NCBI GenBank assembly: GCA_005885165.1
Contig: VAXR01000060.1
Span: forward strand, 1 to 38,312
Direction of reading: 5' to 3'
Source of the DNA: Actinomycetota bacterium
Lineage (GTDB): Bacteria > Actinomycetota > Thermoleophilia > Solirubrobacterales > Thermoleophilaceae
DNA: 38,312 nucleotides
The notes beneath the pieces are model-generated. The model was not told where the DNA came from. It saw nothing but the letters and a program-made list of their open reading frames with translations, and did not search any database. Shown here piece by piece: positions 16,038 through 24,278 of this stretch. The translations under genes were made by a program, and so were the position numbers. Within the stretch, counting starts at the first letter, position 1. The number at the start of each line of letters is the position of its first letter.

Positions 16038-17650
16038 GCCGAGGCCGTCACGGGCGTAAATTGTGGGGCGTGACCGGCTCGCTGCCGCAGGACGTCCAGC
16101 AGGTCTTCGACCGGTTCATCACGACCGAGTACACGACGGTCGACCGGCGCGGGCAGCCCATCACCTGGCCGGTGACGCCTTACTACGAGCCCGGCGCCGA
16201 GTGCATCGACGTCACCACCGGCCTTGGCTATCCGAAAAAGGCCGACGACGCGGCCGCGAACCCCAAGGTCGCGCTGCTCTTCTCCGACCCCACGGGCGCC
16301 AGCATGAGCGATCCGCCCACCGTTCTCGTCCAGGGGACCGGGGCGGTCGACGACCGCGACCTCGATGCGAACCGCGAGCGCTACACGCGCGAGTCCGTGG
16401 AGAAGCTGCCCGCCGCGAAGTCGATGCTGCCGCCCGGGCCGATCCAGCGCCTGTTCGACTGGTACTTCAAGCGGATCTACGTGCACGTCCGGCCGGAGCG
16501 GGTGTACGTCTGGCGGGCCGGCGCCCAGGAGCCCGAGCTGCTCGACGCGCACCTGGAGGAGGTGCGCTCGGGTCACAACGAGGAGCCGGATGCGCCGCAT
16601 GCGGGGCCGCGCGCGAAGGAGCCCTCCTGGGACAGCAGGATCGAGGAGCTCGGCCAGCGCTACGACAGCGCAGTGCTCTCGGTGGTGGCGCCGGACGGCT
16701 TCCCGTTCTCGGTGCGGGTCCCGGTCGAGGTCGACAGGCGAGCGGGGAGGATCCGGCTCGGCAGCGCGCCGCCCGGTCTGCCGCTTTCGCCCGGGCTCGT
16801 ATGCCTGACCGCGCACGACCACGCACCCGACTTCGCGTGGCAGCGGAACTTCCAAGTCCGCGGCGACCTCGTAGAGGACGGCGAGGCGTGGTCGCTCGTT
16901 CCGTCCAAGCTCATCGGTGGCTTCGAGATGCCGCCCACCTCGACGATCGCCCGTTACCGGCAGAACCTGTCGAAGGTCATGCGCTTCCGCCGCATCGCCA
17001 AGCGGGAGCTCGCGAAGCGCTAAGGCCACTAGAAGCGCCTCCAGCGCCGCGATCGTCTGCTCGTTCGTCTCGAACCGGATCGCGTGCATCCCGAGCTCCT
17101 CGGCTGCCTGGCAGTTCACGTCCGTGTCGTCGACGAACGCGCAGTCGGCGGGCGGGATGCCGTCGCCCAGTCGCTCCAGCGTGAGCTCGTAGATCCCGCG
17201 CTCCGGCTTGCGCATCCCGACGAACGCCGAGTCGACCACGATCTCGAAGATCTCGTCGATGTCGGGGAGCTTCGCCCGCCAGTGCGGCTCCCACTCGCGG
17301 ACGTTGTTCGTGAGGAGCGCGAGACGCAGGCCTCGATCGCGCAGCTCGCGCATGTATCGGATCATCCGCTCGTTCGGATGGAGGTTGGCGAAGTACGTCT
17401 CGCGCAGCGAGTCGAGCTGCACGCCGCCGCCGAGCTCCGCCTCGATGGCGCCCAGGAACTCGGCCTCCGTAAGCCGGCCTCGCTCGAGCTCGTAGAGCGG
17501 GTAGTCGCCGCCGGACTTCTCGGCCACCCGCGCCATCGCCTTGCCCAGCTCCTCGAACGAGATGCCCGTCTCGCTGCGGTACGCGCGGAACGACTCGATC
17601 AGCGGGGTGGTGAGGACGCCCCCGAAGTCGGAGATCACCGCTCGGATCAC
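15917..17650 (-). CDS. HAD-superfamily hydrolase (domain 17650-17030) whose ORF has no stop at the expected end and runs antisense to 15917
   Basis: GTG 17650 overlaps the upstream stop (GTGA). HAD motifs: ISDFGGVLT (motif I DxG), LLTNN (motif II), KPE (motif III Lys), FVDDTDVN (motif IV). The homology-like sequence ends at ...IAALEALL (about 17030). The next in-frame stop is at 15917, so the rest of the ORF lies antisense to two well-supported genes. Confidence 0.6.
   Translation of the reverse strand: MIRAVISDFGGVLTTPLIESFRAYRSETGISFEELGKAMARVAEKSGGDYPLYELERGRLTEAEFLGAIEAELGGGVQLDSLRETYFANLHPNERMIRYMRELRDRGLRLALLTNNVREWEPHWRAKLPDIDEIFEIVVDSAFVGMRKPERGIYELTLERLGDGIPPADCAFVDDTDVNCQAAEELGMHAIRFETNEQTIAALEALLVALALRELPLGDAAEAHDLRQVLPVTGDRRGGRHLEATDELGRNERPRLAVLYEVAADLEVPLPREVGCVVVRGQAYEPGRKRQTGRRAAEPDPPRSPVDLDRDPHREREAVRRHHREHCAVVALAELLDPAVPGGLLRARPRMRRIRLLVVTRAHLLQVRVEQLGLLGAGPPDVHPLRPDVHVDPLEVPVEQALDRPGRQHRLRGGQLLHGLARVALAVRIEVAVVDRPGPLDENGGRIAHAGARGVGEEQRDLGVRGRVVGLFRIAKAGGDVDALGAGLVVRRHRPGDGLPAPVDRRVLGRDEPVEDLLDVLRQRAGHAPQFTPVTASAQGAQPGCAHMPAWAARAWAAAARNVGASWSFGWIVSGSA
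16070..17023 (+). CDS. Pyridoxamine 5'-phosphate oxidase family (split-barrel flavin/F420-binding) protein, two-domain
   Basis: GTG 16070 (or TTG 16061) is the first start after the upstream stop. The sequence has PNPOx-like blocks TTVDRRGQPITWPVTPYY ... NPKVALLFSDP ... VLVQGTGAVDD, and a second barrel-like half. Confidence 0.75.
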   Translation: MTGSLPQDVQQVFDRFITTEYTTVDRRGQPITWPVTPYYEPGAECIDVTTGLGYPKKADDAAANPKVALLFSDPTGASMSDPPTVLVQGTGAVDDRDLDANRERYTRESVEKLPAAKSMLPPGPIQRLFDWYFKRIYVHVRPERVYVWRAGAQEPELLDAHLEEVRSGHNEEPDAPHAGPRAKEPSWDSRIEELGQRYDSAVLSVVAPDGFPFSVRVPVEVDRRAGRIRLGSAPPGLPLSPGLVCLTAHDHAPDFAWQRNFQVRGDLVEDGEAWSLVPSKLIGGFEMPPTSTIARYRQNLSKVMRFRRIAKRELAKR

Positions 17651-18363
17651 GCCGCCGCCGCAGGCTCGTAGGGCTCGTCCCGTACTGTGATCTCGTAGGC
17701 GCCGACGCCGTCGCGGCCCTCCATCCGCCAGGCGAACACGGCGAGGTTCACGCGGAGGCCCTCGAGGGTCAGCGACATTCCGGCCTGCACCGTGCCGGAT
17801 GCGCGCCGCGGGAAGTCCTCCTCCGGGAGCCACAGCTCGAGCCCGGCCGCGCGCTGGCGCCCGTCCGGGTCGTACACGGTCGAGATCCGCGCTTTCTCGG
17901 GGGCTGCCGCCTCCTCACCGGCGAGCAGGTGGGCGCTCACGCGCTCCTGACCGTGCCCAACGGCCCCGCGCGGGCGGAGCGCGACGGCGAGCGCCGCGTG
18001 CTCCTCGTCGAACAGCGCGGACACGGTCCGCAGCGCGTCGAGTTCAGACCAGGCCGGAGGCTCGAACGTCTCGCTGGCGGTACCCAGGCAGTCGATCTGG
18101 TGTCCCGCGGCAGACCCCGACACCCGGCAGACCCATATCGCGGTGCCGGCCAGCTCGATCGCAGCCGACACCGGCGCGAACGAGAGCTCGAGCCCGTCCC
18201 CATGCCGGGCGGCGAACTGGTCGCCGGCTCGCTCTAGCGCTGGCGCACCGTCGAGCGCTCGCGCCTCGTCGCGCTCGAAGAGGACCGCGGCGCCCGAGCG
18301 CAACGTCGCGTGCAGCTCGCGCTCCTGGTCGAAGAAGGCGAGCGAGACCGCCGGCTCGCTCAC
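17647..18363 (-). CDS. Hypothetical protein
   Basis: The ORF opens at TTG 18387, but GTG 18363 forms a GTGA overlap with the fxsA stop. Its own TGA overlaps the HAD GTG start. Composition is coding-like. I recognise no domain. Confidence 0.55.
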   Translation of the reverse strand: MSEPAVSLAFFDQERELHATLRSGAAVLFERDEARALDGAPALERAGDQFAARHGDGLELSFAPVSAAIELAGTAIWVCRVSGSAAGHQIDCLGTASETFEPPAWSELDALRTVSALFDEEHAALAVALRPRGAVGHGQERVSAHLLAGEEAAAPEKARISTVYDPDGRQRAAGLELWLPEEDFPRRASGTVQAGMSLTLEGLRVNLAVFAWRMEGRDGVGAYEITVRDEPYEPAAAA

Positions 18364-18845
18364 CTCGGCAGCCGCGGGCTCTCCCAATCGACCTCGGTGG
18401 CCGTGCCCTCGACGTCCCAGCCGTCCGTCCCGGGCGGCGGGCCCCGTCTTCGCCGGCGACCGCCGCGGGCTACGCCCGTCGCCGCGCGGCGCTCGATCCT
18501 GCGCCGAACCGCCCGACGGAACAGTGCGCGCGTCGGCGGCAGGAGCAGCAGCAGCCCCACGACGTCGGTGAGGAACCCGGGCGTGATGAGGAACGCCCCG
18601 CCGAAGATCACGAGCACGCCGTCGATGACCTCGCTGTGCGGCACGCGTCCGGCCCGCACGGTCTCGTTGAAACGGCGCCAGACGACCCGGCCCTGCGAGC
18701 GCAGGAGCAGCGAGCCGAGCACGGAATCGGCGGCGAGGAGCAGGATCGTCGGCACCGCGCCGATCGCCTCGCCGACCTTGAAGATCACGTACAGCTCCGC
18801 GAGCGGCACCGCGATGAACAGGGCGAGGAGCGCCAAGAGGACCAT
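18360..18845 (-). CDS. fxsA: FxsA family membrane protein
   Basis: ATG 18845. MVLLALLALFIAVPLAELYVIFKVGEAIG...LITPGFLTDVVGLLLLLPPTR is the characteristic FxsA signature, followed by an Arg-rich tail. Confidence 0.85.
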   Translation of the reverse strand: MVLLALLALFIAVPLAELYVIFKVGEAIGAVPTILLLAADSVLGSLLLRSQGRVVWRRFNETVRAGRVPHSEVIDGVLVIFGGAFLITPGFLTDVVGLLLLLPPTRALFRRAVRRRIERRAATGVARGGRRRRRGPPPGTDGWDVEGTATEVDWESPRLPR

Positions 18846-18887
18846 CGAAAAGCAGGCTACCGAGCGTCCGGGACCGTCCGCCCTAAC

Positions 18888-19193
18888 ATGGTCTCCATGC
18901 CCACCGTCGAGGAGGTCAACGAGGCCCTCAGCAACGTGATCGACCCCGAGCTCGGGCTCGATTTCGTCGAGCTCGGGCTCGTCTACGGCGTCGAGGTCGA
19001 GGACGGCGACGTGCACGTCACGTTCACGCTCACCTCGCCCGGCTGCCCGATCGGGCCCCAGGTGACCGAACAGATCAGGGAGTACGTGGGCGAGCTCGAC
19101 GGCGTCGAGAACGTCGAGCCGAGCATGACGTTCTCGCCTCCGTGGACGCCGGACATGATGAGCGAGGACGCGAAGTTCGCGCTCGGCTATTGA
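18888..19193 (+). CDS. DUF59/MIP18-family Fe-S cluster assembly protein (SufT/PaaD-like)
   Basis: 101 aa. VIDPELGLDFVELGLVY ... TLTSPGCPIGPQV is the typical DUF59 motif with its conserved Cys. Confidence 0.85.
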   Translation: MVSMPTVEEVNEALSNVIDPELGLDFVELGLVYGVEVEDGDVHVTFTLTSPGCPIGPQVTEQIREYVGELDGVENVEPSMTFSPPWTPDMMSEDAKFALGY

Positions 19194-19224
19194 GCTCCGT
19201 CGCAGCGAACTGGGATAGGCGGCG

Positions 19225-20661
19225 CTAGGAGCCCGTGCCCGCCGGCTCGGGCGTCGCCGGTGCCGCAGGCTCCTCGCCCGAAGCCGCAAGCAGCTCCTGA
19301 AGCGATTCCTCGAGCGCCTCGGCGACGAAGTCGAGGTCCGGCATGGCGTCGTAGTCGGCGAGCAGCCCGAACTCGAGCGCGCCGTTGTAGCTCACGATCG
19401 CGAGCGCGAGCGCGTGGTTGTCCGGCAGGAACGCGAGCGGGACGAGCTCGCGCAGCTCCCGACCGTGCATGTAGAGCGGGAACTGGGGACCCGGCACGTT
19501 CGTCACGATCAGGTTGAAGAGGCGCGTGGAGAAGTTGAGGCGCGACGCCTGGGCGAGGATCGTGGGCGGCGCGAAGTCGGACAGGCCCGCGATCACCTCG
19601 GCGCCGAGCGCCTGCTTCGACTCCTTGAGCCCCTCCATCGCCTCGCGAACGATGTTCAGACGCTCGACCGGGTCGTCGACGTAGACGGGCAGCGGCCCGC
19701 GCATGGCGGCGATCCTGTTCCCAAGCGCGCCCTCGTCTGCCTCGGTCCGGATCGACACCGGCACGAGCGCGCGAAGCTCGAGTCCCTCGGTGCGAACCCC
19801 GCGCGAGGTGAGCCAGCGGCGCAGCGCTCCGGCGACGACGGTCAGCACGACGTCGTTGACCGTGCCGGCGAGCTCGTTCTTCGCCCGCTTGAAGTCGGCG
19901 AGGGTCGACCTGACCCAGCGGATGCGCCGGTGCGGCCCGATCTCGACGTTCAGCGGGAGCTCGGGGGCCGGGTTCAGGTTTGCCCACGCCACCTCGCCGA
20001 GCCCCTCGGCCGCCTCCCGGACCTCGTGCAGGGCGCGGCTGGGCGACTGGACGGCCCCGATTCCGCGGCGGAGGGCGCCGAGCGGGGCATTAACGAAATC
20101 GCGCACGCCCTCGGCCACCAGCTCCGCGGTCGACGGCAGCGGCTGTGGAGTCCACGGCTCCGGCTCGATGTGGCGAGGGACTGGGTCGACGTCGAACAGG
20201 ACGCTCGCGAGGTCGAGGCCCGAGATCCCGTCGACCATCGAGTGATGCGTCTTCGTGATCAGGGCGAAGCTGTTGCCCTCGAGGCCCTGGACGAGCCACG
20301 TCTCCCACAGCGGCTTGGAGCGATCGAGGCGCTGCGAGTAGATGCGCCCGGCCAGCGCGCGCAGCTGGTCTGTCGAGCCCGGGTTCGGAAGCGCGGTGTG
20401 CCGCACGTGGTACTCGAGGTTGAAGCTCGGATCGTCGATCCACACCGGGCGGCCGGCCTGGAACGGCGGGAACGCCAGCTTCTGCCGGTAGCGCGGGACC
20501 AGGTGCAGCCGGGACTCGACGTCCTCGAGTAGCTCCTCGTGGCTCGGCGGCGGCCCCTCGAACAGCAGGATCGCGCCGACGTGCATGTGCGACGCCCGTC
20601 CCTCCTGGGCTAGGAAGGACGCGTCGACGGCGGTCAGGCGGTCCTTGTGGCGCGGCGCCAT
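19225..20661 (-). CDS. Wax ester synthase/diacylglycerol acyltransferase (WS/DGAT)
   Basis: ATG 20661 gives MAPRHKDRLTAVDASFL. The catalytic HHSMVDG (HHxxxDG) motif is present. Length of about 478 aa is typical. Confidence 0.9.
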   Translation of the reverse strand: MAPRHKDRLTAVDASFLAQEGRASHMHVGAILLFEGPPPSHEELLEDVESRLHLVPRYRQKLAFPPFQAGRPVWIDDPSFNLEYHVRHTALPNPGSTDQLRALAGRIYSQRLDRSKPLWETWLVQGLEGNSFALITKTHHSMVDGISGLDLASVLFDVDPVPRHIEPEPWTPQPLPSTAELVAEGVRDFVNAPLGALRRGIGAVQSPSRALHEVREAAEGLGEVAWANLNPAPELPLNVEIGPHRRIRWVRSTLADFKRAKNELAGTVNDVVLTVVAGALRRWLTSRGVRTEGLELRALVPVSIRTEADEGALGNRIAAMRGPLPVYVDDPVERLNIVREAMEGLKESKQALGAEVIAGLSDFAPPTILAQASRLNFSTRLFNLIVTNVPGPQFPLYMHGRELRELVPLAFLPDNHALALAIVSYNGALEFGLLADYDAMPDLDFVAEALEESLQELLAASGEEPAAPATPEPAGTGS

Positions 20662-20701
20662 GGTGCCGCAGAGTACCCGGAAATCGGGCGAGAATGGGCG
20701 A

Positions 20702-21556
20702 ATGCGGAAGCTCCTGCCGCTGGCGTGCCTCGCGCTCGTCGCCGGTTGCGGAGGAGCCGCGACGGGCCAGCCGCGATCGGCCGGCAAGGTCCGCTTCGAC
20801 GCAGCCGCGGCCATGCATCTCGTGCGCGTGCAGGTCGGCTACGGACCGCGCCCGGCGGGCTCCCGCGCGTCGCGGCGGCTGGGCAGGTGGCTTCGCTCCG
20901 AGCTACCGCACGGACGGTTTCAGCGCGTGCCGCACGGGCTCCGCAACGTTGTCGGATCTGTGGTGGGCCGCGATCCGCGACGCATCGTGGTTGTCGGTGC
21001 GCACTACGACACGAAGGACATCCCCGGCTACCTAGGCGCGGTCGACTCGGCCTCGGGCACCGCCGTCGCGGTGCAGCTCGCCCGCACGATCAGACCGCGG
21101 GAGCTCGGCCCGACGGTCGTGTTCGTGCTGTTCGACGGCGAGGAGAGCCCGCCCGGGCCGCCCGAGACCCCGGCGGACTTCGTGCGCCGGGGGCTCAGGG
21201 GGAGCAAGGTCGCCGCTCGCTCGCTGCGTGAGGCCGAGACGATGGTCCTGCTGGACCTGGTCGGCAACCGCCACCTCCGACTCCGCCGCGATCCCTTCTC
21301 AGACAAGCACCTCTGGTCGCGGCTCCGCGACGTCGCGAACCACCTCGGGACGGGGCACGCATTCCGCGACGGGACCGCCGACGCCACCTTCTACGACGAT
21401 CACTATCCGTTCGTGCGTGCCGGAGTGCCGTCGATCGACCTGATCGATTTCGACTTTCCCTGCTGGCATGCGCCCTGCGACAACCTCTCGCAGGTGTCGC
21501 AGGCGTCGCTGGGAGAGACGGGGCGGACGGTGCTGGGTTTGCTTCTTACACTCTGA
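20702..21556 (+). CDS. M28-family peptidase / glutaminyl-cyclase-like lipoprotein
   Basis: ATG 20702 gives MRKLLPLACLALVAGCGG (lipobox). Metal-site blocks VVVGAHYDTKD, GAVDSASG and VLFDGEE are present. Confidence 0.75.
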   Translation: MRKLLPLACLALVAGCGGAATGQPRSAGKVRFDAAAAMHLVRVQVGYGPRPAGSRASRRLGRWLRSELPHGRFQRVPHGLRNVVGSVVGRDPRRIVVVGAHYDTKDIPGYLGAVDSASGTAVAVQLARTIRPRELGPTVVFVLFDGEESPPGPPETPADFVRRGLRGSKVAARSLREAETMVLLDLVGNRHLRLRRDPFSDKHLWSRLRDVANHLGTGHAFRDGTADATFYDDHYPFVRAGVPSIDLIDFDFPCWHAPCDNLSQVSQASLGETGRTVLGLLLTL

Positions 21557-21560
21557 GGCG

Positions 21561-22517
21561 ATGCCCGCCGCCCCCGAGAGGCTGCTTCTCGCCGCGCCGC
21601 GCGGCTACTGCGCCGGCGTCGACCGCGCCGTGCAGACGGTAGAGCGCGCGCTCGAGCTCTACGGCCCGCCGGTCTACGTCCGCAAGGAGATCGTCCACAA
21701 CAAGCACGTGGTCGAGCAGCTCCGCGAGCGCGGAGCGGTCTTCGTGGACCAGGAGACCGAGGTGCCGGAGAGTGAGACGGTTGTCTTCTCGGCGCACGGG
21801 GTCGCGCCGAGCGTGCACGCCAACGCCGAGCGGCGCACGCTGCGGACCATCGACGCCACCTGCCCGCTCGTAACCAAGGTCCACGTCGAGGCGAAGAAGT
21901 TCGCGGCCCAGGGCTACACGATCGTGCTGATCGGGCACGCGGGCCACGAGGAGGTCGAGGGGACGATGGGGGAGGCGCCCGAGAGCATCGTCCTGATCGA
22001 GACCGAAGAGGACGTTGACCGGCTCGAAGTCGAGGATCCGGAGCGCGTCGCCTACATATCGCAGACGACGCTGTCGGTCGACGAGACGGATGCGATCATC
22101 GCCCGGCTGCGCGAGCGCTTCCCGAGCATCGTCGGGCCGCGGACCGACGACATCTGCTACGCGACCACCAACCGCCAGGCTGCGGTGCGCGAGATGGCAG
22201 GCGAGTGCGACCTCGTGCTGGTGATCGGCTCGAAGAACTCGTCGAACTCGAACCGCCTGGTTGAGGTCGCCCGTGCCCACGGGGCCGAGGCGCACCTGAT
22301 CGACAACGAGCTGCTCGTCGAGGAGGAGTGGCTCGAGGGCAAGCGCACCGTCGGGATCACGTCGGGGGCGAGCGCGCCCGAGGAGCTCGTGCAGCGGCTC
22401 GTCGACTTCTTCCGCGAGCGCGGCACGCGCGAGGTGAGCGAGTTCGAGGTCGTCCAGGAGGACGTCCGCTTCATGCTGCCGAAGGAGATCAGGAAGGCGA
22501 TGGCGGCAACGGCGTGA
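21561..22517 (+). CDS. ispH: 4-hydroxy-3-methylbut-2-enyl diphosphate reductase
   Basis: ATG 21561. LLLAAPRGYCAGVDRAV, IVHNKHVV, IDATCPLVTKVH and SSNSNRL are hallmark IspH/LytB blocks that include the three cluster Cys. Confidence 0.95.
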   Translation: MPAAPERLLLAAPRGYCAGVDRAVQTVERALELYGPPVYVRKEIVHNKHVVEQLRERGAVFVDQETEVPESETVVFSAHGVAPSVHANAERRTLRTIDATCPLVTKVHVEAKKFAAQGYTIVLIGHAGHEEVEGTMGEAPESIVLIETEEDVDRLEVEDPERVAYISQTTLSVDETDAIIARLRERFPSIVGPRTDDICYATTNRQAAVREMAGECDLVLVIGSKNSSNSNRLVEVARAHGAEAHLIDNELLVEEEWLEGKRTVGITSGASAPEELVQRLVDFFRERGTREVSEFEVVQEDVRFMLPKEIRKAMAATA

Positions 22518-23310
22518 ACTGGAAGCCGTGCAGCCGCAGGCCGGGCTCCTCGGCCACGACCGTTCCGTCGCTCTCGTAGAGGCCGGGCTCGACCTCGGCG
22601 CCGGACAGCACTGCCCAGGCGCCGCCCGCCCGGAACCGCATCGTCGCTGACGCCCCGGCGTCGGCCGCCTCGATGTAGTCCTCTCCGTCGGTCCAATCGC
22701 GCACCAGCTCGAGGCGGCCGCGGTCCGCCGGCAGCGCCACATCGGCGGTCTGCGGCTCGAACAGCGCGCCGGGGGCGTCCTCGGGGCGGATAGGGGCCAT
22801 GGGCGCCGGCGGCTCGAAATCGGGATCGATCTCGCGCAGGAGCTCCTGGATGGCGAGCTCGGTGCCCTCGTAGTCGCCCTCGCCGTAGTGGTAGTAGCGG
22901 AGGACGCTTCTGCGGTCGAAGAGGTAGCGCCCCGGCCACCCCCGGTTTCCGTACAGGCGCCATACCGCGAAGTCGGGGTCGAGCGCGACCGGGAAGGGGA
23001 CCTCGAGCGCCTCAACCGCGCGCGTAGCCACCTGACGGTCGCGCCCGAACGAGTAGCCCGGGGAGTGGACCGCGATCACCCGCAGGCCGGCATCGGCGTA
23101 GCGCTCGTGCCACTCCTTCAGGTAGGGCAGCGTGCGCAGCGAGTTGATGCGCGCGGAGTCCCAGAACTCGACGAGCACGGCGTGCCGGCCAATGAGCCGG
23201 TCCATGCGCAGGAACGCGACCCCCAGCCAGTCGAGCTCGGGTGGAAACGCCGCAATTCCACACCAGGCCCGCACGCCGCAACTTTCCGGTGCGCCCACCG
23301 TTGATATCAA
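22489..23310 (-). CDS. DipZ C-terminal-like protein: thioredoxin-fold domain lacking CxxC plus jelly-roll-like domain
   Basis: LIGRHAVLVEFWDSARINSLRTLPYLKEW aligns in my memory to the FWTYSCINCxRTLPY block of DipZ-type redoxins, but both Cys are replaced. The start is uncertain (TTG 23310, GTG 23298 or GTG 23274). The 3' end overlaps ispH by 29 nt. Confidence 0.6.
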   Translation of the reverse strand: MISTVGAPESCGVRAWCGIAAFPPELDWLGVAFLRMDRLIGRHAVLVEFWDSARINSLRTLPYLKEWHERYADAGLRVIAVHSPGYSFGRDRQVATRAVEALEVPFPVALDPDFAVWRLYGNRGWPGRYLFDRRSVLRYYHYGEGDYEGTELAIQELLREIDPDFEPPAPMAPIRPEDAPGALFEPQTADVALPADRGRLELVRDWTDGEDYIEAADAGASATMRFRAGGAWAVLSGAEVEPGLYESDGTVVAEEPGLRLHGFQFTPLPPSPS

Positions 23311-23384
23311 TACGGCCCCGGGTATTCCATCTGGCCACCCGTTTACGGGTCGGCGGACTCACGAACCCTCGTAAAGGAGGAGCG

Positions 23385-24188
23385 TTGCGAAAGCTTCTAA
23401 TCGGCTGCCTCGTGGCGGTGGCGGCGCTCGGTATCACCGCAGTGGCGCTTGCCGTCACGGTGCAGAACTACAAGCAGACGTTCTCGTCGAAGAAGCCGGG
23501 CAAGCCTTCGGGTTCGGTCTTCCACGCGAACTCGAACGACTCGGCGAACACGTCGAACAACCAGCAGCCGGCGGCCGCGAAGGAAGTCGACATCATCTTC
23601 CCGAAGGGCTCGGCGGTCGATCAGAAGGCGATTCCGACATGCTCGGCGAGCGATCAGGACTTCAGCTCGAAGGGCCAGGCAGCGTGTCCGTCGAAGAGCC
23701 AGATCGGGCATCAGAAGCCCAAGTGCCACGCCAGCGGGCCCCAGGCGAACTGCTCGGGCCACGCGTCGCTGCGGCTGCGGTTCGGCAACAAGGGAAGCGC
23801 GGCTGACATCGCCGCTCGGATCTACGCCTTCAACGGAAAGAACAAGACGCTGATTCTCTACATCGTCCCGAACGGCGCGAACCCGATCGTCCTGCGGCCG
23901 AAGATCAAGACCGGGAAGACGCCGAAGATCATCACGAAGATCCCGGGTATCTGCACGCTCGGGACCTACCCGAACTGCGGGACCGCCGGCGAGGCAAGGC
24001 TCGACGACCTCGACCTGACGATCGACAAGCTCGGGTCGAAGACGAAGCCGTACCTCAAGACGCCGCCGACGTGCCCGTCGTCGAAGAAGTGGGTCTTCAA
24101 GGCGACTTGGCACTACCGCCCCGCGACGAGCGGCGAGCCGCCGCAGCCGGCTTCGGACACGAAGACGAGCAATTCGCCGTGCAAGTAG
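23385..24188 (+). CDS. Secreted Lys/Ser/Asn-rich, Cys-rich protein of unknown function
   Basis: TTG 23385 lies 4 nt after a perfect AAAGGAGG. The signal peptide is LRKLLIGCLVAVAALGITAVALA. The mature part has 10 Cys. A strong hairpin terminator follows. Confidence 0.7.
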   Translation: MRKLLIGCLVAVAALGITAVALAVTVQNYKQTFSSKKPGKPSGSVFHANSNDSANTSNNQQPAAAKEVDIIFPKGSAVDQKAIPTCSASDQDFSSKGQAACPSKSQIGHQKPKCHASGPQANCSGHASLRLRFGNKGSAADIAARIYAFNGKNKTLILYIVPNGANPIVLRPKIKTGKTPKIITKIPGICTLGTYPNCGTAGEARLDDLDLTIDKLGSKTKPYLKTPPTCPSSKKWVFKATWHYRPATSGEPPQPASDTKTSNSPCK

Positions 24189-24217
24189 CAGCGATCGCCT
24201 GACCAGACGGTCGCTTG

Positions 24218-24252
24218 GAACGGCCCCGCTCCGGCGGGGCCGTTCGCTTTCC
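24218..24252 (+). terminator. Intrinsic terminator-like hairpin
   Basis: GAACGGCCCCGC-TCCG-GCGGGGCCGTTC forms a perfect 12-bp stem with a 4-nt loop, followed by GCTTTCC. It sits between convergent genes. Confidence 0.6.
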
Positions 24253-24278
24253 TGGACGGCGGTGATGCGCGGCGGTTG

